Origin: an archaeon GW2011_AR15
GTDB lineage: Archaea; Nanobdellota; Nanobdellia; Woesearchaeales; GW2011-AR15
DNA length: 64,000 nucleotides
Direction of reading: 5' to 3'
Assembly (NCBI GenBank): GCA_000830295.1
Contig: CP010425.1
Span: forward strand, 672,001 to 736,000
Part shown: piece after piece, positions 8,418 through 17,908 of the stretch
Layout of the letters: every line of letters begins with the position of its first letter
Numbering within the stretch: position 1 is the first letter of the stretch
Notes under the pieces: model-generated
What the model saw: only the letters and a program-made list of their open reading frames with translations
Told to the model about the DNA's origin: nothing
Databases searched by the model: none
Position numbers and translations under genes: made by a program

Positions 8418-8969
8418 CTACTTATTTACTAACTTAGTTTTCTCTGCAACATACTTGAAGAAAGAGGATACATGCTTCAGCACGTTGTATTCCTGGTTTA
8501 TGTCCGGATCAAGCACAGGGCAGAACAGGGCAGTGTACACAAGCCCGCTCATAAGGTGGAGCAGTGTAAAAGGTATCTGGCCGCTAAGGCTTGCCATGAA
8601 CGGCATGTTGAACAGCATGCTTGACATGACAGGGCCTGTAATGAAATCAAATACCAGCACGCTTAAGAGAGTGAACCCGAAATAATGGAGAAGATTGATA
8701 TCTTTTATTTTTCTGATCAGCAGCCCTGCAAGCAGCGCAACAAATGAATAGACGAGGCTGGTTACAATTGTCCAGATTCCAACACTCCCGGTAATCAGGT
8801 CAAAGCTTGCCATTGTTACAAACACGAACAAAATGGATTTCCATATGCTTTCCACTCGGGCAGTAGGAAGCATAACTCCCAAAATAGGGTCATTGTTAGG
8901 GAAAATCCTCATAAACCTGAATATGTTTACTGCAATTACAGTGCTGAGGAATTTCCAGATTTTTTTCAT
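8418..8969 (-). CDS. ECF transporter S-component-like membrane protein
   Basis: FRFMRIFPNNDPI motif, about 5-6 TM segments, QIPFTLLH. Confidence 0.7.
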   Translation of the reverse strand: MKKIWKFLSTVIAVNIFRFMRIFPNNDPILGVMLPTARVESIWKSILFVFVTMASFDLITGSVGIWTIVTSLVYSFVALLAGLLIRKIKDINLLHYFGFTLLSVLVFDFITGPVMSSMLFNMPFMASLSGQIPFTLLHLMSGLVYTALFCPVLDPDINQEYNVLKHVSSFFKYVAEKTKLVNK

Positions 8970-9068
8970 CTGAGATACTATACTGGGAGATTATATAAAT
9001 TTGTTGTTGTTATTCCGGAATAAGTCATATCAACAAAATTTATAACTGCAACCTTAATCCTTTCTCTT

Positions 9069-10265
9069 ATGTTTATAGGACTTGTAGGGAAGCCGTCAGC
9101 AGGAAAAAGCACTTTTTTCAAGGCAGCAACTTTGATGAATGTGGAGACTGCCAATTACCCTTTCACAACAATCAGGCCGAACTCCGGAGTCAGCTTTGTC
9201 AGGATAGAATGTGTTGACAGGGATTTCAGGAAGCAGTGCAATCCGAGGGAAGGATACTGCAGGGAAGGCATGAGGTACATCCCAGTCCAGCTGCTGGATG
9301 TTGCGGGCCTTGTGCCGGGAGCGCACGAGGGAAAAGGCATGGGGAACCAGTTTCTCTCAGACCTAAACCAGGCAGATGTCCTGATACATATTGTTGACAT
9401 CTCAGGAGGACTGAATGACAAGGGAGAGCCTGTTGCTGCGGGGAGCTATGACCCTGCAAATGACATTAAATTTCTGGAATATGAGCTTGACATGTGGTAT
9501 TACCAGATATTCGAGAAAGTCTGGAGGAGATTCTCATATACCATAAACCAGACGAGGGAGGATGCAATAAAGGCAATTGCCAAGCAGTTTTCCGGGCTCA
9601 GGGTCACTGAGGATATTGTGAAGGCAGTGCTGAAAAAATTTGAGCTTATGGAAAAGCCTATACTGACCTGGACAGATGCTGACCTGAAAAACATTACAAA
9701 GGAATTCAGGAAAGAGACAAAACCCATCATTATTGCAGCCAACAAGATTGATGTTCCCGGGGCCGGTGAGAATTATGAGAGAGTAAAGAAGCAGTTCCCC
9801 GAGTACAGGATAGTCCCATGCTCTGCTGAATCAGAGCTGGCATTAAAAGAGGCAGACAAGCACGGGCTTATAGAATATCTGCCGGGAAATAAGGATTTTA
9901 GGGTAATGGATGAATCCAGATTATCAGACAGCCAGAAAAAAGCCCTTGATTTCATAAAGAAAAACATCCTTGGGAAGCACGGCTCAACAGGGGTCCAGGG
10001 CGTGCTGAACACAGCAGTCTTTGACCTGCTTGGCTATATCGCCATCTATCCCGCAGGGGACAAATTAGAAGATTCCAAGGGCAATGTGCTGCCTGACTGC
10101 TTTTTGCTTCCTCCAGGCACAACCGCACTGGGATTTGCATACCATCTCCACACTGACCTGGGCAACAATTTCATAAGGGCAGTCGACATAAAGACAAAGC
10201 AGTCCGTGAAAAAAGACCATCCGTTAAAGCACAGGGACATGATTGAGATAATACACAGCAAATAA
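9069..10265 (+). CDS. ychF: Obg-family YchF-like GTPase with TGS domain
   Basis: GKPSAGKST, NYPFTT, DVAGLV, NKID, C-terminal TGS (AYHLHTDLG). Confidence 0.92.
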   Translation: MFIGLVGKPSAGKSTFFKAATLMNVETANYPFTTIRPNSGVSFVRIECVDRDFRKQCNPREGYCREGMRYIPVQLLDVAGLVPGAHEGKGMGNQFLSDLNQADVLIHIVDISGGLNDKGEPVAAGSYDPANDIKFLEYELDMWYYQIFEKVWRRFSYTINQTREDAIKAIAKQFSGLRVTEDIVKAVLKKFELMEKPILTWTDADLKNITKEFRKETKPIIIAANKIDVPGAGENYERVKKQFPEYRIVPCSAESELALKEADKHGLIEYLPGNKDFRVMDESRLSDSQKKALDFIKKNILGKHGSTGVQGVLNTAVFDLLGYIAIYPAGDKLEDSKGNVLPDCFLLPPGTTALGFAYHLHTDLGNNFIRAVDIKTKQSVKKDHPLKHRDMIEIIHSK

Positions 10266-10352
10266 GATGAAGCAGCCAGGAATAATTGTCCAGTAGCTGT
10301 TTTTTCCTGCCTAAGAATTAATTTTAAAAATCCCGCCGTATTCTTCTGCGTA

Positions 10353-11465
10353 ATGGACTACAAAGTAATCTCATTTTACAAGTACATCAATATAGATGAC
10401 CCTGCAAAGCTGAAAAACAGCATAAAGAGATTCTGCGAAGAGAGCAGTATTTTAGGAAGGGTGCTTATAGGAAAAGAGGGGCTGAACGGGGCAATTTCAG
10501 GAAAAAAACAGGCTGTAGAGAAATACAAAAAATGGATAGCTTCTGACAGGAGATTCTCAGACCTGACCTTCAGGGAGCAGGAGTATGAGAAAAATGCATA
10601 CCACAAGCTAGTTGTCAAGATAAGGAAAGAAATAGTGCATTTCGGTGCAAAAGTTAATGTTGCAAAAAGCGGGAGATATATAACCCCGGAGCAGCTCAAA
10701 AATATGTATGACAGCGGGGAGGAGTTCATAATAATAGATGCAAGGAATGACTACGAGTCAAGGGTCGGGAAGTTTGAAAAGGCAGTTGAGCTGCCTATAA
10801 AAAATTTCAGGGAGCTCCCTGGAAAAACAGGAAAGCTTGAGCACTACAAGGACAAAAAAATAATCATGTACTGCACAGGCGGCATAAGGTGCGAGAAGGC
10901 GACAGCATACCTTAACGAGCACGGATTTAGGGATGTAAACCACCTGAAAGGCGGGATAATAGCATTTAACAACAAATATCCCGGCACATATTTCAGGGGG
11001 GCAAATTTTGTCTTTGATGACAGGCTTATAGACACGCAGGACATGCTCACAGACTGCGAGATCTGTGGGAATTCCGCAACAAACTATCTCAACTGCCACA
11101 ACCTTGACTGCGACAGACTGTATGCCTGCTGCGACAAATGCAGGACAAGGCTTAACAGGTGCTGCTCGCAGGACTGCAAAGAATGGCCAAGGCAGAGAAA
11201 ACAGAATAAATTATACAGTACAATAGGCAGGATTGAAAATTATTACAGGAAGCGGAAAGTCGCCATGGTTGAGCTGAAGCAGCCCCTGAAAAAAAGTTCA
11301 ATGGTCATAATAAAAGGAAAGACAACCCGGGAATTTGAGCTGGAAGTAAAGGAGATAAGGGATTATGATGACAAAAAGATCAGCCTCGGAGAAGCAGGCC
11401 AGCTGGTTACAATTCCTGTCACGAAAAAAGTAAGAAAGAATGATAAAATTGTTATAGTAAGCTAA
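10353..11465 (+). CDS. trhO: Rhodanese-domain tRNA U34 hydroxylase-like protein (UPF0176) with extra C-terminal beta-barrel
   Basis: FYKY, GRVLIGKEGLNG, DARNDYE, YCTGGIRCEK, LKGGI, FVFDDR, Cys-rich C-domain. Confidence 0.85.
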   Translation: MDYKVISFYKYINIDDPAKLKNSIKRFCEESSILGRVLIGKEGLNGAISGKKQAVEKYKKWIASDRRFSDLTFREQEYEKNAYHKLVVKIRKEIVHFGAKVNVAKSGRYITPEQLKNMYDSGEEFIIIDARNDYESRVGKFEKAVELPIKNFRELPGKTGKLEHYKDKKIIMYCTGGIRCEKATAYLNEHGFRDVNHLKGGIIAFNNKYPGTYFRGANFVFDDRLIDTQDMLTDCEICGNSATNYLNCHNLDCDRLYACCDKCRTRLNRCCSQDCKEWPRQRKQNKLYSTIGRIENYYRKRKVAMVELKQPLKKSSMVIIKGKTTREFELEVKEIRDYDDKKISLGEAGQLVTIPVTKKVRKNDKIVIVS

Positions 11466-11480
11466 GAAAGCCCAGCATGA

Positions 11481-11675
11481 CTAGGCCTTCTTTAATTTGT
11501 CAATGGCTTCTTTAACGCCTTTGCTTTCATTATCAAGCCATTCTTTGTAGCTTTCAAGTTTGCTGATTTTTTCTTCCTTTGTAAGGAATTTTCTTCCGGT
11601 ATACTGGTTGTCATCACAGCAGCTATCTCCGCTGCAGCCACAGCAACCATCTCCGCAACATGCTCCATGAGTCAT
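11481..11675 (-). CDS. Small Cys-rich coiled-coil protein (DUF5320-like)
   Basis: CCGDGCCGC..CC then RKFLTKEEKISKLESYKEWL; GGAGG SD. Confidence 0.8.
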   Translation of the reverse strand: MTHGACCGDGCCGCSGDSCCDDNQYTGRKFLTKEEKISKLESYKEWLDNESKGVKEAIDKLKKA

Positions 11676-11695
11676 TTTTGTTCCTCCGAATTCCC

Positions 11696-11796
11696 TATTG
11701 GGAATACGATATTGGTGATACGATACTTATTTATATAACTATCGGTTTTCCGATATTAAGGGAATAACCAAAGGTTTTTATATAGGTTTTCCGATA
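11696..11796. promoter_or_regulatory. Four 16-bp operator-like boxes (TATCGG-N4-CCGATA consensus) in a divergent promoter
   Basis: 11696-11711, 11710-11725, 11740-11755 (perfect arms) and 11781-11796, around two TATA boxes. Confidence 0.7.
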
Positions 11797-11805
11797 CCAT
11801 CTCTT

Positions 11806-12108
11806 ATGACAAGACATGAAATGAAAGGGTTTCTATCTTTCCTCATAATGTGGTTCATATACAAGAAGGAGATGACGGGGGCAGAGATTGCAATAGAGCT
11901 GGAAAAAAGAAAAGGAAACAAGCCGAGCCCCGGCACAATATACCCTGCGCTAAAGGACCTGAAAGACAAGGGGCTTATAAAAGATGACAGGGACAAAAAA
12001 TACTCCCTCACAAAAAAAGGAGAAGAGGAGCTGGACAGCCACCTGAAAACATTTTTCGACACTTTCTGCGACCTTGATGAAATGAAGTCCTGCTGCAGGA
12101 AAAAATAA
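11806..12108 (+). CDS. PadR family transcriptional regulator
   Basis: PSPGTIYPALKDL..YSLTKKG winged helix; C-terminal CC. Confidence 0.9.
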   Translation: MTRHEMKGFLSFLIMWFIYKKEMTGAEIAIELEKRKGNKPSPGTIYPALKDLKDKGLIKDDRDKKYSLTKKGEEELDSHLKTFFDTFCDLDEMKSCCRKK

Positions 12109-12123
12109 CTTTGGATTTTGAAC

Positions 12124-12645
12124 ATGATTCTTGAAAAGCTGAAATCACTGGAGACAGAAAGCATTGGCAGGGGCATACCAATAATAGGCTCTGGAAAGGG
12201 CAGGTTCCTCTATGAAAAAGTCCTTGAGGCAAAGCCGAAAAAAGTCCTGGAGCTTGGCACTGCAAACGGATACAGCGGAATAATTCTCGGCTATCTCGGC
12301 GCAAAACTCACTACAATAGATGTTGACGCCAGGATACAGGAAGAGGCAAAAGAGAATTATAAGAAATTTGGAGTTAAGGCTAAAATAATAAATGGGGATG
12401 CTGTTGAGGAAATAAAAAAACTTGGAGGAAAATTTGACATCATCTTTATAGATTTCATAAAGAGCAAATATATTTATGCTCTCGAAGATGCAATAAGGCT
12501 CTGCAGAAAAAACGGGTATATAATTGCAGATAACATAACTTTCCCCGGATGCCAGGATTACAGAAGGGAAGTCATTAACGATGCAAGGCTTGAGACAGAG
12601 ATAATTGATATTGAAGACGGCCTGGCATCAAGCAGAAAATTATGA
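12124..12645 (+). CDS. Class I SAM O-methyltransferase (COMT/CCoAOMT/TrmR-like)
   Basis: IPII, LELGTANGYS, FDIIFID, IIADN; ATG 12124 preferred to TTG 12118. Confidence 0.85.
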   Translation: MILEKLKSLETESIGRGIPIIGSGKGRFLYEKVLEAKPKKVLELGTANGYSGIILGYLGAKLTTIDVDARIQEEAKENYKKFGVKAKIINGDAVEEIKKLGGKFDIIFIDFIKSKYIYALEDAIRLCRKNGYIIADNITFPGCQDYRREVINDARLETEIIDIEDGLASSRKL

Positions 12646-13734
12646 GTTTATCTTTGTCTCCCCAATCCATTCATGGTCATAAAACCCTTTTGATATGAGA
12701 TTTCTTACCAGTTTTCCGGTGTCAGGATTATTTTTTGCTGCTATGATGCAATGCTGGTATGAAAAAGACGTTTCAAGCGCAACAGGAAAATTATTTCCAA
12801 CAACTATTTTTTCATTCCACCATGGCCAGTCTCTGGTATTTTCCTTTCCCATAAGCATCTCATGCTCCCATTGGTAGAATCCCGGGCATCCGGACTGGAT
12901 ACTGAGAAAATCTGCATCAAGTGCAGTCCCAAAATCCCCAATAAAAGCAGGATTCAGCTCATAAGGCATGCCAAGCAGTATTACGTCGTAGTGCCTGTCA
13001 AGCACAGGCAGCATTAGGCGTGAATCAAGGCCACTTCCTCTTATGGTTTTATAATCAGGATGCCTCTTTGAGATATAATCGGTAACGTTCTCTGAAAAAT
13101 CTATAAGCGTATAATCCTTAATGCCTTTTTTTTCAGCAAAAAGAGCAGAGGGACTGACGCCAGCGCCAATTTCAAGCACTGATTCAGCGCCATGCATCTC
13201 ATAAATCGCCTGGAAGCTTTCTATGGTTATAGGGTCAGGGCTTACCAAATGGCCAGATTCCAGGAGTGCTTCAGACAGGCCGTATTTCAGGCAGCTTTTG
13301 TATATTCCACCTTCTTTCTGGATGGTGCCCTGCTCAAGAAGCTTTGATACAGATATCACTTCAACATCATCATTCACAGCAGGTTCAGATGTGATGACAT
13401 AATTTTTCTCTTCGGAGACCGGGTAGGCATCGAGATATACCCTTGTTTCCGGAACAATCTTTGAAAGATTATTGTAAAGGCTGGTTCCATATAAAGAGCC
13501 TATCAGCGACCTCCTTTGGCTAATCCACTCATCAGTCCCGTATTTGCGGCCAAAAAATAAATCTGGAACCACGGTGCTTACACAAATAACCAGGGAATCT
13601 CCCTTTGCCCTTTGATTTTCAAAAGAGGTCCATCTTGCGCCTTTAACATAAATAGATTTTTCAGCCAGTTCAGGCCTGATGATATTCAAAAACTCATTCA
13701 GCTGCGGACCAATGCCTGAAAATCCGGATGCCAT
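12640..13734 (-). CDS. Hypothetical protein with C-terminal SAM-methyltransferase-like domain
   Basis: VLEIGAG..YTLIDFS; ATG 13734 lies 30 nt from TTTAAGTA. Confidence 0.65.
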   Translation of the reverse strand: MASGFSGIGPQLNEFLNIIRPELAEKSIYVKGARWTSFENQRAKGDSLVICVSTVVPDLFFGRKYGTDEWISQRRSLIGSLYGTSLYNNLSKIVPETRVYLDAYPVSEEKNYVITSEPAVNDDVEVISVSKLLEQGTIQKEGGIYKSCLKYGLSEALLESGHLVSPDPITIESFQAIYEMHGAESVLEIGAGVSPSALFAEKKGIKDYTLIDFSENVTDYISKRHPDYKTIRGSGLDSRLMLPVLDRHYDVILLGMPYELNPAFIGDFGTALDADFLSIQSGCPGFYQWEHEMLMGKENTRDWPWWNEKIVVGNNFPVALETSFSYQHCIIAAKNNPDTGKLVRNLISKGFYDHEWIGETKINS

Positions 13735-13816
13735 AAATGCTTCCAAAAGTAAGTTATACTTAAATCTACCCGTATTTTCAAAAAACTATAAAAACAACAG
13801 CTTAGTCCTTTAGAAG

Positions 13817-14482
13817 ATGATACGAGGAGTGATTTTCGATATGGACGGGGTCGTGATAGACTCAGGAGAGGTAATATACAGCTCATGGAATGACATATTC
13901 TACAAAGAATTCAGTATAACCCTGCCGAGGGAGGAGGTTGCCCAGCAGCTCGGAAAAAGCCCGAAGGATTTTACCCAGCATTTCATAGACAAGTACAGGC
14001 TTAAAATCTCCAACGGAGAGCTTGACATTAAGATTGCCATGAGGGAGGATGAGCTCGCCCATACAGTTATGCTGAAACCCGGGATCAAAGAGCTGATGGC
14101 AAGGCTGAAAGGGAAATATAAGATGGCGCTTGCGACCGGAGCATCAAGGAAAAATGCAGAATATTATGTAAATAAATTCGGACTTGGCAGCTACCTGGAT
14201 TTTGTGATTGGAGGCGATGAAGTCAGGGAAGCAAAGCCAAATCCAGAAATATTCTTAAATGCAGCAAGAAACCTTAACCTCAAGCCCGGGGAATGTGTTG
14301 TCATTGAGGATGCAATCCTTGGAATAACTGCTGCAAAAAGGGCAGGCATGAAAGTGATATCAATACCGGATGCCTTTACAGCACACCAGGACCACAGCAC
14401 AGCAGACATGCAGCTGAAATCAGCATTTGAGATTAGCGATAATATTTTGAAAAAACTTGGTGATAATCATGGACAGGAATAA
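13817..14482 (+). CDS. HAD family phosphatase (beta-PGM-like)
   Basis: IFDMDGV, KPNPEIF, VIEDAILG. Confidence 0.92.
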   Translation: MIRGVIFDMDGVVIDSGEVIYSSWNDIFYKEFSITLPREEVAQQLGKSPKDFTQHFIDKYRLKISNGELDIKIAMREDELAHTVMLKPGIKELMARLKGKYKMALATGASRKNAEYYVNKFGLGSYLDFVIGGDEVREAKPNPEIFLNAARNLNLKPGECVVIEDAILGITAAKRAGMKVISIPDAFTAHQDHSTADMQLKSAFEISDNILKKLGDNHGQE

Positions 14483-15731
14483 AAATTACGAAGTGAAAGA
14501 TATTAGGCTGGCAGAGCAGGGAGCGAAAAATATTGAACTGGCAGAGATGTACATGCCTGCGCTGCTTGAGATAAGGAAAAGGTTTGAAAAAGAGAATCCC
14601 CTGAAGGGCATAAGGGTCGGGCTTGCCCTGCATGTCACAAAAGAGACAGCAGTGCTTGTGAGGACGCTGATAGCAGGAGGGGCCGATGTTGCGATAACAG
14701 GATGCAATCCGCTTTCAACACAGGATGATGTTGCTGCTGCCCTTGCAAAGGAGGGAGTAAAAGTATGGGCCTACAAGGGGGAGAGCACAGAGGATTATTA
14801 CAGGTATATAGGCTATGTCATAGATTTTAAGCCGCAGGTCACGATTGACGACGGCATGGACCTTGTCTCGGAGATACATAAGAAGCACAAGGAATTAATA
14901 CCGCAGATTATAGGCGGATGCGAGGAGACAACCACAGGAGTAATAAGGCTGAAGGCAATGCATAAGGACGGCGCGCTGAAATACCCCGTGATTGCCGTGA
15001 ACGACAACAAGACAAAGCATCTTCTTGACAATTATTACGGAACAGGACAGTCAACATGGGACGGCATATTAAGGGCATCCAATATCCTTGTTTCAGGGAA
15101 GACAGTTGTTGTTGCAGGCTACGGAAGCTGCGGCAAGGGAGTTGCAATGAGGGCCAAGGGCCTCGGAGCCGGCGTTATAGTTACAGAGGTTGAAAACTTC
15201 AAGGCACTGCAGGCTGCCTATGACGGATTCAGGGTAATGCCGATGGCGGATGCCGCCCCTCTTGGAGATATTTTCATAACAGTGACAGGAGACATAAATG
15301 TAATAAGGCCTGAGCATATGAAAAAGATGAAGTCAGGAGTTATACTGGCTAACAGCGGCCATTTCGATGTTGAGATTGACCTGAAGGGCCTGAAGAAAAT
15401 TTCAAAATCATCAAGAAAGGTAAGGCCGTCTTTTGATGAATATGCTGTTGACGGGAAAAAGATTTTTGTAGCTGGAGAAGGAAGGCTTGTCAACCTTGCA
15501 GCTGCAGAGGGACATCCCAGCGAGGTAATGTCAACTTCATTCTGCGGCCAGGCCCTTGCAGTTGAGCACCTTGTAAAGAACAGGGGGAAATTAAAGGCCG
15601 GAGTTATAATGCTTCCTGGAGAGATAGATGATTACATTGCAGGACTGCAGCTGAAGGCAATGGGAATCAAGATAGACACACTTACAAAAGAGCAGAAAAA
15701 ATACCTGAGCAGCTGGCAGGAAGGGACATAA
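14469..15731 (+). CDS. ahcY: Adenosylhomocysteinase
   Basis: GCNPLSTQDD, EETTTG, GEGRLVNL, GHPSEVM; GGTGA SD before ATG 14469. Confidence 0.97.
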   Translation: MDRNKNYEVKDIRLAEQGAKNIELAEMYMPALLEIRKRFEKENPLKGIRVGLALHVTKETAVLVRTLIAGGADVAITGCNPLSTQDDVAAALAKEGVKVWAYKGESTEDYYRYIGYVIDFKPQVTIDDGMDLVSEIHKKHKELIPQIIGGCEETTTGVIRLKAMHKDGALKYPVIAVNDNKTKHLLDNYYGTGQSTWDGILRASNILVSGKTVVVAGYGSCGKGVAMRAKGLGAGVIVTEVENFKALQAAYDGFRVMPMADAAPLGDIFITVTGDINVIRPEHMKKMKSGVILANSGHFDVEIDLKGLKKISKSSRKVRPSFDEYAVDGKKIFVAGEGRLVNLAAAEGHPSEVMSTSFCGQALAVEHLVKNRGKLKAGVIMLPGEIDDYIAGLQLKAMGIKIDTLTKEQKKYLSSWQEGT

Positions 15732-15753
15732 TCTTTCCCGGACTTTTCTCTTA

Positions 15754-16167
15754 TTAATGCAATCTCTCTATTTCGTGTTCAAGCAGGCTGCGGTAGACAT
15801 GAAATGCCACGTTCTGGGGAACCCCATTGAAAACATTCCTGAATTCCCGGGAAGGGTAGTACGGCCCTGAAAAATCCATGTCTAGAGACATTCTCCTGTA
15901 ATCTTCGCTGTCCGGTGGGCTGCGGGGATCATGCGCAGTCACTTCCCATTCAAGAAGCTTATGGCTGGGACTGAGTTCCCTTAATTTTGGGATGTCTGAA
16001 AAAACAATTAGGTTGATGGCAGATATTGCTTCAAGCCCCTGCACGCTTCTAAGAAACTTAAACGCCTCTTCATCCAGTTTAGGAAGCCCATATTGTTCAA
16101 GATGTTTTTCATAAGCACTGCAATAACTCTGATAGCCGTTGTCTTCTGCCATTTTCTTCTCTCCCAC
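15754..16167 (-). CDS. Hypothetical protein
   Basis: 137-aa ORF, TATA about 30 nt upstream; no motif recognised. Confidence 0.6.
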   Translation of the reverse strand: MGEKKMAEDNGYQSYCSAYEKHLEQYGLPKLDEEAFKFLRSVQGLEAISAINLIVFSDIPKLRELSPSHKLLEWEVTAHDPRSPPDSEDYRRMSLDMDFSGPYYPSREFRNVFNGVPQNVAFHVYRSLLEHEIERLH

Positions 16168-16254
16168 CTCTATGCCTGGAAAAAGAAATCTTTATTTAAA
16201 TACATTTTCAATATAACCGCCAGATTTAAATAAGAAAATCCCATTCTTTTCCGG

Positions 16255-17328
16255 ATGGGCTTTTTTGATTTTATAGGGAAAGTGGTTTTCATTGCACTGA
16301 TACTGTTTGGAATACTCTATTTCACAAACGGCCTTGATTTCCTGAGCGGGAAGATATCGCTTGACCCCGAGGCAATAAGGGCAAGCCCGTATGTAAATAA
16401 GATTGTCTATGATGATATTGAGATAAGGCAGTTCACTGCATCAGTTACAAAGGGCTGCCCTTCAGGAGACAAGGAATGCCAGCTCAACAAAGTATTCAGG
16501 CATGTTGTTGAAAACTACAATTACTATTCTGACCCGGTTGGGAAAGAGCTTATCCAGTCTCCGTATGAGACAAGGGAAGTCGAGGGCGGGGACTGCGAGG
16601 ATTTCAGCATACTGATGAATTCAATGCTCGAGTCAATCGGCATAAAAACCTATCTTGTTTTGACTGATGACCACGCGTACAGCTTAGCATGCGGGATAGA
16701 TCCAGGAAAGCTGAGGGATTATGTTGAAGAATCCATCATTGAGGTATATGCAACAGACAGCGAGTTCAGCAGGGATAATGATATCGTCTATGATGACGGG
16801 GATATATACATAAGGGAGACATATAACCTGGATTTTGTCGTGGATTCTTTTACCACATATTATTTCGGCGGGGACGGCAGCGAGATAACAGACCCGTTCC
16901 TCAGCGAAAAGCTTGACTACTCCATAACCTTCTCTTCTCCTGTTGATATGTATGTTGTGTCAGGCAGGGGAGAATATGAAAAGCTTGCAAAAAGTGAAAC
17001 ATTTTCAGCATACTCCGAGTGCACTGAGCTGGGAGCATTAAGCGTGGATGATGAATGCACAATAGGAACTTACGGAGGCATAGCAATATCAAATGACAAT
17101 CTTGAGAGAGTCCATGTGCAGATGAAGCTTGACGTTTACATGAAATACAACCCGCAGGAGTTCCTGAAAGACATTACAATAACTTCCTATTCAATCAACG
17201 GCGCCTCATGCGTTGTTCTGGACGGCACGAGCGGGAAATTCGGCTATCCTGGACTGAACCCAGCAGAGCTGAAAGGAAAGAAGGTTGCAGTTGACCCGAA
17301 GACGAAAGAGATAATATATCTGGAGTAG
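16255..17328 (+). CDS. Membrane-anchored transglutaminase-like cysteine protease domain protein
   Basis: N-terminal TM; QSPYET..GGDCEDF..HAY catalytic motif. Confidence 0.85.
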   Translation: MGFFDFIGKVVFIALILFGILYFTNGLDFLSGKISLDPEAIRASPYVNKIVYDDIEIRQFTASVTKGCPSGDKECQLNKVFRHVVENYNYYSDPVGKELIQSPYETREVEGGDCEDFSILMNSMLESIGIKTYLVLTDDHAYSLACGIDPGKLRDYVEESIIEVYATDSEFSRDNDIVYDDGDIYIRETYNLDFVVDSFTTYYFGGDGSEITDPFLSEKLDYSITFSSPVDMYVVSGRGEYEKLAKSETFSAYSECTELGALSVDDECTIGTYGGIAISNDNLERVHVQMKLDVYMKYNPQEFLKDITITSYSINGASCVVLDGTSGKFGYPGLNPAELKGKKVAVDPKTKEIIYLE

Positions 17329-17377
17329 ATTTACTAATTCAAAATCTTTATAATGTGCATAAGATTCGCAGTTCTCC

Positions 17378-17908
17378 ATGAATAAGGAAAAAAAGAAGCA
17401 GCTCCTGAACATAGCAAGGATAGTGGCTATTGTGCTGCTGCTCTATGTCGTACTGAAAGGCATTCTCGTGCTTTCAGTATTAATCCTGCTGAGCCTCAGC
17501 ATGAGCTACATAATAAACAATTACGGGCTGAGGCAGTACGGGCTGGAGCTTGTCACTTTAGTTGCAGTGCTTACAGGAGTCAAATACGGGCCCGTGCCTT
17601 CCCTTATACTGACATTCATACTGATAACATACCACATGCTTGCGGGAGGCTTTTTTGCAAAATATGTTTTCTGGGTCATACCTGCATATACTATTGCAGG
17701 CTTCATCTCCGGCTTCTTCCCGGCAACAGCTGTAACAGCATTAGGGCTGTATGCAACGCTGGGGATAAACATCAGCAACACTTTCTTTACAGCAGTAACA
17801 AGCCCGGGCTACCTTTTCAAGTACCTGCCGTTCGCAGTGACAAATGTGATATTCAACGTGATACTATTTGCTGTTGCAGCAAGGCCCCTGCTCCTCCTGA
17901 TGATCTAA
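17378..17908 (+). CDS. Multi-pass membrane protein, ECF S-component-like
   Basis: GLELVTLVAVLTGVKYGP, about 6 TM segments, TNVIFNVILF. Confidence 0.75.
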   Translation: MNKEKKKQLLNIARIVAIVLLLYVVLKGILVLSVLILLSLSMSYIINNYGLRQYGLELVTLVAVLTGVKYGPVPSLILTFILITYHMLAGGFFAKYVFWVIPAYTIAGFISGFFPATAVTALGLYATLGINISNTFFTAVTSPGYLFKYLPFAVTNVIFNVILFAVAARPLLLLMI

